A stretch of DNA of 64,000 nt from a virus, in UHGV virus genome UHGV-0179428; one strand, written 5' to 3'. The notes under the pieces were generated by a model. That model did no database searches. It was given only the letters and a program-made list of their open reading frames with translations, and was not told where the DNA came from. Position 1 is the stretch's first letter. Each line of letters starts with the position of its first letter. Both the position numbers and the translations under genes were made by a program. This document shows, piece after piece, positions 29,701-38,064 of this stretch.

Positions 29701-31920
29701 AAAGATACGACTTATGGTTATCCTGGATACGGCGGGTTTGGACCAACATCCCGCCGTGTTGAAAAAAAAGCGAACGAATACGGCGTATTGACAAATATAC
29801 CGCTGGTTGTTACGCCAGACATACCGAAAGGTCTACTAGATGGGGCTTACTTTATCGGTGCTGAAAGTAAACCATGTAAAGTTGTTTACGGTACCACTAC
29901 GGTGGCTAGTGATCGGTTGTCTATCGATGCGGCAGAATGGGCGAAGTTGACTAATATTGTTCAGTCCAGCCAGTTCTCTGGGGCTTCTAACGGCAACGCC
30001 TATGAGCGGATTAGCGTAGCTAAGACCAAAAAGAACAACTACAGTTTGTCCTTTTGGGTGCTTGGTCAAACGATGTCTGGTGGTCCGCTTTGTATCGCGA
30101 TAGTGAGTCTTATCTATAAAGACACTGACGGGGTAAATAAGTTTGCTTTTTACTTCTTTCAGGTAAAACCGACTATAACCAACGGGGTCATAAGGTTCGT
30201 TAGTTCGGAAGCGAGAATGATGACGTTCAGGGAAAAAGTGGCCAGTAACGCCATTAATCTCTCACCCACAGCTTTTAATGGTGAACTTAAACAACGCTCC
30301 GGTCAAGTTTTCCTTTATTCGCAAGACGGACAAAAGTTCAGATTCTCAATACATAACCTGGTTGGCGGGAATCTTGTAGGATCAGAGATTTCTTTTGCTT
30401 TTGGGATAAACTTGACTAAAAAAGGAGAATGGTTTACCGGCGAAATTCATCGGGCGTGGGGCTATACGTATACGCTGAATAATACATCTGAAGTCTATAT
30501 ACCCGATCTCTCGGGCATCGCGCTATTGACTTGTAACTCGGAAGATTTAAACGAGTTGTATCTCGGTGGCGAACAGTATAGAATCTCTGATTTGTTTAAC
30601 AAAAAATATACTGTTATCGATAAGATTATTATTGGCGGCGTACAAACACAGAGCGGTTGGAATTTCTATCTGACGGAGGAAACCGAGTTAAGTTTTGGAA
30701 ATAAAAGATATACCGTTCCAAGATGGTCCGTTGATTTAAGCGATGAATTCCCGACTAATCACGCTAACCAGACATTCTACGTTTATGCTGAAGTGGTCGG
30801 TTCTACTGCCCAATACCGCATCGGTTTAGAGCAGTTAGCTGATACCTCGTCGAGACTGTTTGTTGGGACAGTAACCACTGATTCGAACCGTATTACGGAT
30901 ATCAGTATCGATAAAGTAAAACGGTTAGGTCGTGTAAAAGAGCTGGAAAATCATGCCTCGGTTGTTGATCAGCACGATGTGGCGCAGGCGTTCGACAGGA
31001 AAACTGGTCCACTATTAACAGTGGTTAATAAACCCGTTAAAGCCATTACAGCATCTGCGAGCAAGGGTGCTGGGTATGTCGATGGTCAGAAATGGAATAC
31101 GTTGTCCGGGATTGCAACGCGGCCCAGGTTGCCGGTACAGGAAACCTATTCAGGTTATAAAAGTATCAGCAGGGTGGCGTATGAGAACTGCGCTGACCAG
31201 TTCTGGCAGAAAGCGGTTGCTGCGAACGTTGCAGCGGCTACTGCTTCTGAGAACAAACAAGCAGCAACCGCGAACATGAAGTGGTTGGGTGCGTATACGA
31301 AACCGACTACCGGCGAGTATGCATATCTGGCATTGAGTCTGCGTGTTAAAGTACCTGGCGATCCTGGTACTACTAATCGTCGACTGAAAATCAGGCTTGC
31401 GGCCCCGACAGGTATAACTCAAGTTCGTTACGGGCTAAATCAGTCTGGCGGTACGATGACTGAACAGACAGTAACATTAACTGCTAACAGCTATCTGGAA
31501 AAAGAACACGCCGGATTTAAGCCAGCCGAAGAAGTCCGTGTACATGCTACGTTTGTCATTCCAAAAAATGAATACGATAGCTACCGTACGAAGTTCGGTG
31601 CTGTTCAGCTGATTGACGTTGAGTCGAACACTGTCATTAAACAGACAGATATCGACACACCGTTTATCGTGTATACCGACACGGAGTTAGCAGCACAATC
31701 TGGTTTGGTGTATAAAGCGGTTAAGGGTCAGTTCCATCAACTCCCGTCTCAACCTGTCGTCATTGTAACTGATGGACAGACAGGGACTACGCCACCGGTG
31801 AAAACCTCGTTTGCTGACGGGACATTAACGGTCTACGTGGCAACCACGTACGACGCGGTGAATCCAGCACAAACGCGCGATATCGATAAGCTCCAGTTCA
31901 ATCTTATGTTTACATCTTAA
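26734..31920 (+). CDS. giant tail fibre / receptor-binding-like protein 3 (1728 aa)
   Basis: ORF track; AGGAGTCTTTACG-ATG; N-terminal GPFYRIGL...GLDYYL module. Confidence 0.7.
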   Translation: MPREDAAQFNGTLSTVTYPNRFNVVIPPEGPFYRIGLKLTVADDTAPNGRRTLIEGLDYYLGYYFKELAEAEQDQIYGGFMLLTATEIEYEILGVARQYRVPQSEIGKFLVRTDLKDPRNVDWSELMAYAPVIQPIDPPANLEEAILRDEVVKALNDIRKKIIQRSTELDAAFTEVTNLIYENGKKIFDEELYQHHLNPNAHQYTTNDVGALPVLGRAVDATKAFGLTIDQLATLMGSAGIEQSDVEQLMGEALGTVYGRWGTTNGNELTFKTPGGHIISIRGDKWLITSPQPLVIKADQDNNESGLAVEFSAGLNTLWVHSGSEQDVLAPVYNSVYLVTPEMVNMYLTSVTLLEANAYFKSSDTVKPYGTAKQSNPLTLNANIPTATESVYGVFSITNIATSVALGTAISQKAVTELKNRLDLYVDDSYTVNGKGFVKTGDNMVLTLTKADFGIDKMNNTTPIAKPVTKALANVLKNKSLKVHTHTTADLDNVPIGSATVDGILQLWDAIDTTNDKAVTSRQGWLFAKEIKKVSDKLNTLLPAWTTAGSKYTNNSILPILSMGNYEGYGKNMDALQMVIGVQQGKLYALISSKSALPGTEGIYYAVAGLKNDKSLGEIYKTTFRYKPKGLETNYPGVELKEITVTGTEAFIAKGSDDNYYLVKLNGSMDYTKHTDVRLVTFSEFVSETTWEFVPNMFMDRVVIADNGVYVLRTMLMADLKNNSLVDYIKDTPQPMFRVGLLRLNKTDRFEQVDLSSTRKIGKCADLVEPGAFDVDNPNTKRLAYFTAEGKALWTVNLQLTRGVSRWITPVVKDGHLLTVGVSGVCLGFSSTKGTTFGPWNGAYRLDLLTGEVGLETTNIFPIKIDTTGCYLKDGTKIELKWKWATRSSGYMTDNRICVGDMVYSCCCSTEKQLAPSLHYQKLPEGVSYLDYVKLSAGYEGQSTFENRINPVVGSVWKPSMTFPLFFPGTNKVWLKHQKTAYFIEAEYDKDTTYGYPGYGGFGPTSRRVEKKANEYGVLTNIPLVVTPDIPKGLLDGAYFIGAESKPCKVVYGTTTVASDRLSIDAAEWAKLTNIVQSSQFSGASNGNAYERISVAKTKKNNYSLSFWVLGQTMSGGPLCIAIVSLIYKDTDGVNKFAFYFFQVKPTITNGVIRFVSSEARMMTFREKVASNAINLSPTAFNGELKQRSGQVFLYSQDGQKFRFSIHNLVGGNLVGSEISFAFGINLTKKGEWFTGEIHRAWGYTYTLNNTSEVYIPDLSGIALLTCNSEDLNELYLGGEQYRISDLFNKKYTVIDKIIIGGVQTQSGWNFYLTEETELSFGNKRYTVPRWSVDLSDEFPTNHANQTFYVYAEVVGSTAQYRIGLEQLADTSSRLFVGTVTTDSNRITDISIDKVKRLGRVKELENHASVVDQHDVAQAFDRKTGPLLTVVNKPVKAITASASKGAGYVDGQKWNTLSGIATRPRLPVQETYSGYKSISRVAYENCADQFWQKAVAANVAAATASENKQAATANMKWLGAYTKPTTGEYAYLALSLRVKVPGDPGTTNRRLKIRLAAPTGITQVRYGLNQSGGTMTEQTVTLTANSYLEKEHAGFKPAEEVRVHATFVIPKNEYDSYRTKFGAVQLIDVESNTVIKQTDIDTPFIVYTDTELAAQSGLVYKAVKGQFHQLPSQPVVIVTDGQTGTTPPVKTSFADGTLTVYVATTYDAVNPAQTRDIDKLQFNLMFTS

Positions 31921-31960
31921 CGCCACGAGACAAGGACGTCTCGGATTAAGGAGAGTGGCC

Positions 31961-33160
31961 ATGGCCTCCATTGTATACCAATACCCTTTAGATTTAACGG
32001 GAAGCCTAACCTCTAACGCCGTGGAGCGTCAGGTTACGTTAGGTACAGGTAAAGTTAACCGTGCGTTTGCTTTTCCTGATGGACCGTTTTATGCCGATAC
32101 GTTCCGCTTGCGGGTTGCCAACCGACCCGATGCGACGTATGAGCGCGGAACGGACTATGAGTTGATTTTTGCACATCCGGCTTACGAGAAATTGACGAAG
32201 AACCGGGAAGTGGTAATGGCGGTTGTTGTAACGAACACCGCCATTCCGACCGATATCACGGTATCGGCGCAAGTAGTCGGGGGTCCGCAGTCTGCAAACG
32301 TGACTGCGATAGAACAGGCGATTGCTGAGTTGAATCTCGATAATCGAACTGTCGGCTTTAAAGACTTGCGAAATGTTCCTGATACATTTCCGTCAGCACC
32401 AACGTATAAAGACGTCGGTGATATTTACGGTTTCGAATATATCATTACAGTGCTCGCTGGCATTAAAGATGCGATAACGGCGGGCGATGCTGTACAGCTT
32501 GAGAACATCAAAGCGATTCTCGAAAGCCTGAAAAACGATTTCCTGGACGCGCTGAACGCACACATTAACGCCACGGGTAACGTCCACCATCTGGATATTC
32601 ACCAGGTTAACGGGTTAACAGAAACGGAGATCCGTGCACTTATCCGTGATGTACAGTCTGCCATCGATGCAACCATTACCGATATTAATGCGTTGAAGAA
32701 AGCAGATGAAGCGTTAGGAAAACGTATTGATGCTGTTGTCAAATCTTTGGAAGCGTGGAACGACCAACTTAACATCGTTGCACAAAACTACCAGAAAATG
32801 GCATTGGCATTGGCGAACCTAAATTCGTTAGTGTTACAGTTACAGAAAAATATCAACGATCTGAACACCAAACTCAACCAAGCGATTCAGCGCATTGCTG
32901 CGTTAGAACAGCGGGGTAATGAGTCCGATCAGAAAATTGATAATCTGCAACAAAACCTGGATGCGCTTAAACAACAGGTTGCGAATAACACGAACGCAAT
33001 CAGTCAGGCGAATCAGAACCTACAAAACCATATTGCGGCAGATAACCCACACACGGGCTATCTCCACAAGAAATACGGTGGTGTGGTTCAGGCTCCAGTG
33101 CACGTTAACGCTAACTTGACGTCCCGTGATGACGTTCAGGCAGAAGCGGGTACGAAATAA
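31961..33160 (+). CDS. fibre-like protein 4 with coiled coil (399 aa)
   Basis: ORF track 31955-33160; ATG at 31961 after AAGGAGAG; N-terminal GPFYADTF...GTDYEL module; heptad-like Q/N/L-rich region. Confidence 0.7.
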   Translation: MASIVYQYPLDLTGSLTSNAVERQVTLGTGKVNRAFAFPDGPFYADTFRLRVANRPDATYERGTDYELIFAHPAYEKLTKNREVVMAVVVTNTAIPTDITVSAQVVGGPQSANVTAIEQAIAELNLDNRTVGFKDLRNVPDTFPSAPTYKDVGDIYGFEYIITVLAGIKDAITAGDAVQLENIKAILESLKNDFLDALNAHINATGNVHHLDIHQVNGLTETEIRALIRDVQSAIDATITDINALKKADEALGKRIDAVVKSLEAWNDQLNIVAQNYQKMALALANLNSLVLQLQKNINDLNTKLNQAIQRIAALEQRGNESDQKIDNLQQNLDALKQQVANNTNAISQANQNLQNHIAADNPHTGYLHKKYGGVVQAPVHVNANLTSRDDVQAEAGTK

Positions 33161-33227
33161 CTTTATTACAGGAGGAACTATGCTTATGGGCGTAGTCCTC
33201 CATTCTTTTTTATTTTAAGGATACGTG

Positions 33228-33623
33228 ATGGCGATCAGTGTTAAAAATGTACGTGACCGAATCACCAACGTAGAGAACCAAATGGCAACTGGCCCACGTG
33301 TTGATCCGCAAGTTGCGTCGAAAGCACATAATGCCGCCGACACTTTTTCGGGTTGGACGCCAAGTCGGTTAGACTGCGGGGGGAGTTGCAGCTGGACGTG
33401 CTCAAACGGTTGTACGCATGGCTGTACGAGTTGTTCGGGCACCTGTACGTCAGTGTGTGTAGGTAGCTGCTCCTCTGCGTGCGGTAACCAGTGTACTGGA
33501 TGTAGTTCAACGTGTTCCGGTGGCTGCTCAGGTTGCAGTGGGACCTGTGGGGGTGCTTGCTCGGGCCGTTGTTCTACGGGTTGTTCTGGTGCTTGCTCTG
33601 GTGGCTGTTCTGGCCCAACCTAA
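33228..33623 (+). CDS. Cys-rich (C-x3-C)n protein 1, candidate rSAM substrate / precursor
   Basis: ORF track 33225-33623; ATG at 33228 after AAGGA; about 60-aa N-terminal region then about 70 aa of C-x3-C repeats with S/G/T spacers starting at LDCGGSCSWTCS. Confidence 0.75.
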   Translation: MAISVKNVRDRITNVENQMATGPRVDPQVASKAHNAADTFSGWTPSRLDCGGSCSWTCSNGCTHGCTSCSGTCTSVCVGSCSSACGNQCTGCSSTCSGGCSGCSGTCGGACSGRCSTGCSGACSGGCSGPT

Positions 33624-34030
33624 GAGGTGAAAAATGGCAATTGGATTACCTGCGCTACAAGCGCGGCTAAATAACATTGACAACACTGCATTGAAGAATA
33701 CGGGTGCAGTACAAAACTATATTCGTGGGAAAGCGACGAACAACGCAGACTTATTCGGTGGGCAAGCTCGCAACCACTATGACTGTGGTGGGAGCTGTAG
33801 CTGGACCTGTTCGAGCTGTTCTGGTGGTTGTACAGGGAACGCATCAGGCGGCTGTGGTTCTTCCTGTTCTGCAAACTGTGTATCAGGTTGTAGTGCAGGC
33901 TGTAGTGGATGTTCGAATACCTGTTCTGGTGGCTGTTCAGGAAGCTGTACGGGGAGTTGTTCTAACTCGTGTGTAGGAAACTGTTCTGCAGGCTGCTCAG
34001 GTAGTTGTTCTGGTGGGTGTTCTGGGAGGT
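33390..34030 (+). repeat. low-complexity TGY/AGC/GGN codon repeats encoding (C-x3-C)n
   Basis: Visible periodic Cys codons every fourth codon across two adjacent genes. Confidence 0.7.
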
Positions 34031-34032
34031 AA
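33634..34032 (+). CDS. Cys-rich (C-x3-C)n protein 2, candidate rSAM substrate / precursor
   Basis: ORF track; AAGAGGTGAAAA-ATG; same architecture, core begins YDCGGSCSWTCSS. Confidence 0.75.
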   Translation: MAIGLPALQARLNNIDNTALKNTGAVQNYIRGKATNNADLFGGQARNHYDCGGSCSWTCSSCSGGCTGNASGGCGSSCSANCVSGCSAGCSGCSNTCSGGCSGSCTGSCSNSCVGNCSAGCSGSCSGGCSGR

Positions 34033-34034
34033 TT

Positions 34035-34241
34035 GTGATTAGCCTTAAGAACCTTCGTGATCGGTTAGTAACAGCGGAAGGGTATATTACGACCGCTAAC
34101 GCAAACAACTATATTGCAAACCAGGGCACTGTGTCTTCAACCAATAACCTTGCCGGTTTACCTTTAAGCCATTATAACTGTAACGGTGGATGTAGCTGGT
34201 CGTGCAGTGGTAGCTGTAGTAAAGGTGCGGGGGGAAGGTAA
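34035..34241 (+). CDS. Cys-rich protein 3 (short paralog), candidate rSAM substrate
   Basis: ORF track 34005-34241; GTG at 34035 after GGGAGG; VISLKNLRDR N-terminus parallels protein 1; core YNCNGGCSWSCSGSCS. Confidence 0.6.
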   Translation: MISLKNLRDRLVTAEGYITTANANNYIANQGTVSSTNNLAGLPLSHYNCNGGCSWSCSGSCSKGAGGR

Positions 34242-34390
34242 CTAAGCCCTCCAGTGGTAGTATGTCTATTACGCAATAACCGAGTTAATTGTACGGGTTT
34301 ACTACTGAGTTTCAAGTCACCGGTAGGCAATGGCGCGGTGGTTTCTATACCCTGAATGTCCGTTTGACCGTGAAATAATTGGAGCAATCA

Positions 34391-35278
34391 ATGAAGAATG
34401 ATTTACATTTAGCGTACAAAACAATTTTCAATCATCCACTTCACATTTCTTCCCCTGATTCCGTACGTGCACACTTAGCAGATGAAGTTCGTCTGCTGAC
34501 TCAGTTGCCGGGCGAATGGCCTAAAGTGCGCGGACGTTTCTTTACCGATCGTAAAAACTATCGTGTAGAAAATACGTTTAAGATTCGTGATCTGACGGCA
34601 GAAAGTGTAGTGGTCTTTACCGGTGACTCCGAGTTGCGTGGTAAACTGGTTGCGGGTAAATATTTCTTTAGTGACGGGATTTTGAATAACTCCGTAGATA
34701 TGGAATTGTTCTTTACCCCATTTGAAGAAATGGGCGCAAAACCGGTTGCCCGTCGTTGGTGGTCACCGGATTACTTAGGCTCGTTCCCGTATTTCTTTAC
34801 CCTGGTAACACCAGAAACGAAGAACTATTTCGATACGGAATCGTATATCGAAATTGAAGGGTACGAAGCGTTAGGGATTAATTGCTTAGCGGATTTAATG
34901 GCGTATAGCTATAAGTTCGTGTGGGATCGTGAACGTTCCGTGTGGGTTGCCCTGACGGATGAACACGAAATCACAAAACGCATCCGTAAGCCTTGGATGC
35001 AGCATTTGATTCAAACGCGTATTGGCGAGCATCCGTCAACAGAAGCGGATCTGGCAAAACTCGTTAGTTTCTTAATGACGAAAGTCACGTTAACTGACGA
35101 AGAGAAAGCAGCAGTGTCGGCGGTGTTGGACCGTAACGTAACGTTAGCGGATTTAGAACGTTTAAATGTCCGTTATAAAGACCTTAACCGTGTTTTGGAA
35201 GCGTATAACTCTCCATTTTTGTTAACCCCTGGTGCTAACGTAGACGACGATCCTTTGTTCGCCATTGATTATATTTAA
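34391..35278 (+). CDS. hypothetical protein in rSAM cluster
   Basis: ORF track 34379-35278; ATG at 34391 after GGAG. Confidence 0.7.
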   Translation: MKNDLHLAYKTIFNHPLHISSPDSVRAHLADEVRLLTQLPGEWPKVRGRFFTDRKNYRVENTFKIRDLTAESVVVFTGDSELRGKLVAGKYFFSDGILNNSVDMELFFTPFEEMGAKPVARRWWSPDYLGSFPYFFTLVTPETKNYFDTESYIEIEGYEALGINCLADLMAYSYKFVWDRERSVWVALTDEHEITKRIRKPWMQHLIQTRIGEHPSTEADLAKLVSFLMTKVTLTDEEKAAVSAVLDRNVTLADLERLNVRYKDLNRVLEAYNSPFLLTPGANVDDDPLFAIDYI

Positions 35279-35299
35279 AAACGACCGGAGTCACCTGCA

Positions 35300-36223
35300 A
35301 TGACAACCAATGCAGAACCAAGGTTATCGAATCGTTTATACGATAAACCCACCGTATTGTCCGTAGTCGCTACGTCCAAGTGTAACCTGGATTGTAGCTT
35401 CTGCGGTGGAGCCTATTACATGAATCGTGAAGATTCTCCGCGAGAGTTTCAACGTGAGCGAATTTTGGAAGCGCTGGAAGCTAATCCAACCATTACCGAA
35501 ATTCAGTGGACGGGTGGTGAGCCATTACTGGCAACCCGTAAAATTGAGGCGTTTGTTGACGAATTAAAAGTGATTCGTCCAGAACTCAAACACCAGTTGT
35601 ATACCAATGGCTTAAAGATGCGTAAATCGCATCTCCCGTTGCTAAAACAGTTTGACAATGTCTACGTTAGCATCGATGGGTTTAAGTCGTCTGAGCGCCC
35701 GTTTATGCGCTTTATTGACGAAGGCTGTTACGAAGCACTGGAAACGATCTACGAGCTGGATAATGTCCAGACTTGGGGTGTCCTGACACGGGACCGTTTA
35801 GGGGACAAACGCTGGCACGAAGATATTATTCAGCTGCACAGCGCGATTTACCATTACGGTTTCCGTGCAATGACGTTACTCTTAGATGCGAAAATGCCAA
35901 AACCTTTATCGCCTGACCACGTCATGAACTTTATTTACGGCTACTATCAGGTTCAGGACAACATTGAACGGCTGAATGTAGTAAATAGTCGTGAATGCGG
36001 CTTTACGGTAAGTAAAGTGTTTGAAGAAGGGTGTAACGTTTGCAGCGAAAGTCTTTGGATTAATGCAGACGGTGGTGAGCACCAACTCCAGAATGCACCT
36101 AACGTTCTGGAATCGGGATGTAACCAACTGGCCTTCTCTATCGGTGTAGAGGCGTACGAATATATTCGTCGTGTGGTGATGGCAGGGCGTAATAGAGGGG
36201 CGGCAAATGAGTCAAGTAAATGA
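35300..36223 (+). CDS. radical SAM enzyme 1
   Basis: ORF track; CNLDCSFC (C-x3-C-x2-C) near N-terminus, GGEPLL SAM-binding motif, additional C-terminal Cys cluster. Confidence 0.8.
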   Translation: MTTNAEPRLSNRLYDKPTVLSVVATSKCNLDCSFCGGAYYMNREDSPREFQRERILEALEANPTITEIQWTGGEPLLATRKIEAFVDELKVIRPELKHQLYTNGLKMRKSHLPLLKQFDNVYVSIDGFKSSERPFMRFIDEGCYEALETIYELDNVQTWGVLTRDRLGDKRWHEDIIQLHSAIYHYGFRAMTLLLDAKMPKPLSPDHVMNFIYGYYQVQDNIERLNVVNSRECGFTVSKVFEEGCNVCSESLWINADGGEHQLQNAPNVLESGCNQLAFSIGVEAYEYIRRVVMAGRNRGAANESSK

Positions 36224-37529
36224 ATTCCCTAAGCAGTTAACGTATCAGATCGTAACCAACCTTTCGTGTAACCTGGACTGCGAATATTGTTACGAACGTA
36301 AGTACCCGCGTAACAACAAAGCGGCTGACATTGTTGATTTCTTACACGCCTGTTTTGAACGTGATAAAAACGAACCGAATGTTGAAGTTATTATCGACAT
36401 TATCGGTGGTGAACCGTTCATGCAGCCTAAACTGCTGTTGGCTGCGTTTGAAACCGCTGAGCAGTTGTGTAAAGAACACAACCGACCGTTTATGTTTAGT
36501 ATCTCCACGAACGGAACGCTGTTAGATCGTCCGTTGAACCGTGAGATTGTAGAACGTTGGAAAGATAAACTTTCGGTTGGGGTTTCGATTGATGGCTTAC
36601 CTGAATCCCATGACCGTTATCGTATCTTCACAACAACACGCCAGGGTTCTTACGAAGCCGCAGTACGTGGCTATAACTACTTAAAAGAGGTTGGCATTGC
36701 AGAGCTCGGCGTAAAAGCAACCTTTACGTTAGAAACGCTGCCGTTCTATGCTGCGGGGATGAAGTCATTAATTGACATTACTGGCGGTGGGACAATTTCT
36801 GGAAACGTAACTTTCGAAGACGTTATGCCACGTAGCATGGCGACGTCAATCGCTTTACAGATGATGGATGTGATAGATTACTGGGTTGAGAAAGGATTAC
36901 ACACCAACCCACGTAATATCCTATCGCATATCATTCCAGAAGGGTTGGATTTCGACACGATTTGGGAACCGAACTGGCGTGACCAGTTACTGTATAATGA
37001 CACCGTACGGTTGAACCCGGAACGCTTACGTCCGTTCTGTGGGACGTTAACGCACATGACGTGCTTAGGGTTTGACCGTAAGATCTTTGGCTGTAACCGC
37101 TTTATGTCAACGGTAACGTCGCGTTCTGCGGTGTTTGAGTTGGTAGGTCGGGAATTCGTCAGTCTGGACAACGGTAAATTGTTAGAAGAGATTCAAACGC
37201 AATATACCAACTACCCAGAGACCTGTTTAGGTTGTCCGATGAAACACGCTTGTGGTAGCTGCGCAGCGGCTTCTTACGAGAACGGGGAAGGAACGTTAGA
37301 AGACCGTAAAGCGTATCACGCTGAACGACGTCAGTGTGGCTGGACGACAGCGAAACTGATGGTGGCGGAATACTGGAAACAGAAGATGGGTACGACGTCA
37401 GCAAAAGCGTTCCACGACACGAGTATGTGTTATTGCCCACGCTGTGTTCGTGAACGTGCCCAAAAGGAAAAATTATTAAGAGAAGCCAAAGATGAAACCA
37501 ATTCTGATCAACAATATTACGAAGCGTAG
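36207..37529 (+). CDS. radical SAM enzyme 2 with SPASM-like C-terminal Cys-rich domain
   Basis: ORF track; CNLDCEYC, GGEPF, C-terminal CLGCPMKHACGSC plus further Cys including CYCPRC; 17-nt overlap with upstream rSAM gene. Confidence 0.8.
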   Translation: MSQVNEFPKQLTYQIVTNLSCNLDCEYCYERKYPRNNKAADIVDFLHACFERDKNEPNVEVIIDIIGGEPFMQPKLLLAAFETAEQLCKEHNRPFMFSISTNGTLLDRPLNREIVERWKDKLSVGVSIDGLPESHDRYRIFTTTRQGSYEAAVRGYNYLKEVGIAELGVKATFTLETLPFYAAGMKSLIDITGGGTISGNVTFEDVMPRSMATSIALQMMDVIDYWVEKGLHTNPRNILSHIIPEGLDFDTIWEPNWRDQLLYNDTVRLNPERLRPFCGTLTHMTCLGFDRKIFGCNRFMSTVTSRSAVFELVGREFVSLDNGKLLEEIQTQYTNYPETCLGCPMKHACGSCAAASYENGEGTLEDRKAYHAERRQCGWTTAKLMVAEYWKQKMGTTSAKAFHDTSMCYCPRCVRERAQKEKLLREAKDETNSDQQYYEA

Positions 37530-38064
37530 AATTCGACTTCTGGATAAGTTTCTGGAAAACAGTAAGCTATTTGGTTGTTATGTGGTGATTAACGGTGAAG
37601 ATTTTACCGATGACGTAAAACGCTTGCTGATTCGTCACGGTGTGACTGTAATCATCCCAATGTACTGCACCGAACTTACTGACCTGTCGGTCGCGGAAAT
37701 TGAAAAACGTAACCCAGGGTTTGAAGAACGGGTATTGGATTTCCCACGTCACAAAATTGCGTTTCTACGCCGCTCTTTAAGCGAACCCAGCGCAGAATCT
37801 ATCACTGTGTTGGCATTGTCCTTCCCCGGCATTACTATCTTCGCAACACGTAACCCGAACTCACCGATTGATGGGTTTTACGATGAGCGGGAGAAATTTA
37901 ATACCGTGATTTTTCCTGAGCTAACGCCAGAAGAATGCCAGGGTATCCGTATCGATTGGGAATCGGACTTCGACACAAGATTCCGTCATATCGATTTTGA
38001 ACTGTTAATCGAATTAGGGTTGATTAAAGGAGACGATGAATGTCTGCTACTGGTGAAGGCTTAA
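37492..38064 (+). CDS. hypothetical protein in rSAM cluster
   Basis: ORF track; overlaps 3' end of rSAM 2. Confidence 0.6.
   Translation: MKPILINNITKRRIRLLDKFLENSKLFGCYVVINGEDFTDDVKRLLIRHGVTVIIPMYCTELTDLSVAEIEKRNPGFEERVLDFPRHKIAFLRRSLSEPSAESITVLALSFPGITIFATRNPNSPIDGFYDEREKFNTVIFPELTPEECQGIRIDWESDFDTRFRHIDFELLIELGLIKGDDECLLLVKA

Noticed and set aside
18514-31422. Many short antisense or alternative-frame ORFs inside the giant fibre genes (for example 18514-18729, 20458-20691, 21089-21388, 28020-28397, 31150-31422)
   Set aside because: They are fully nested within long, RBS-supported ORFs on the opposite strand or frame, with no start context of their own; most likely spurious
33704-33976. 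Alternative-frame and antisense ORFs overlapping the Cys-rich genes (33704-33976 +, 33262-33510 -, 33620-33874 -, 33215-33442 -)
   Set aside because: They are by-products of the repetitive GC-rich TGY/AGC/GGN codon pattern, lack RBS, and have low-complexity composition; the C-x3-C frame with RBS is the coherent one
35300-36223. Radical-SAM 1 as an anaerobic RNR activase (NrdG) or QueE
   Set aside because: Its size (307 aa), the CNLDCSFC context and extra C-terminal Cys cluster, its pairing with a SPASM-type enzyme, and the absence of nrdD or queC/queD/folE neighbours argue against it; it cannot be fully excluded without HMM scoring
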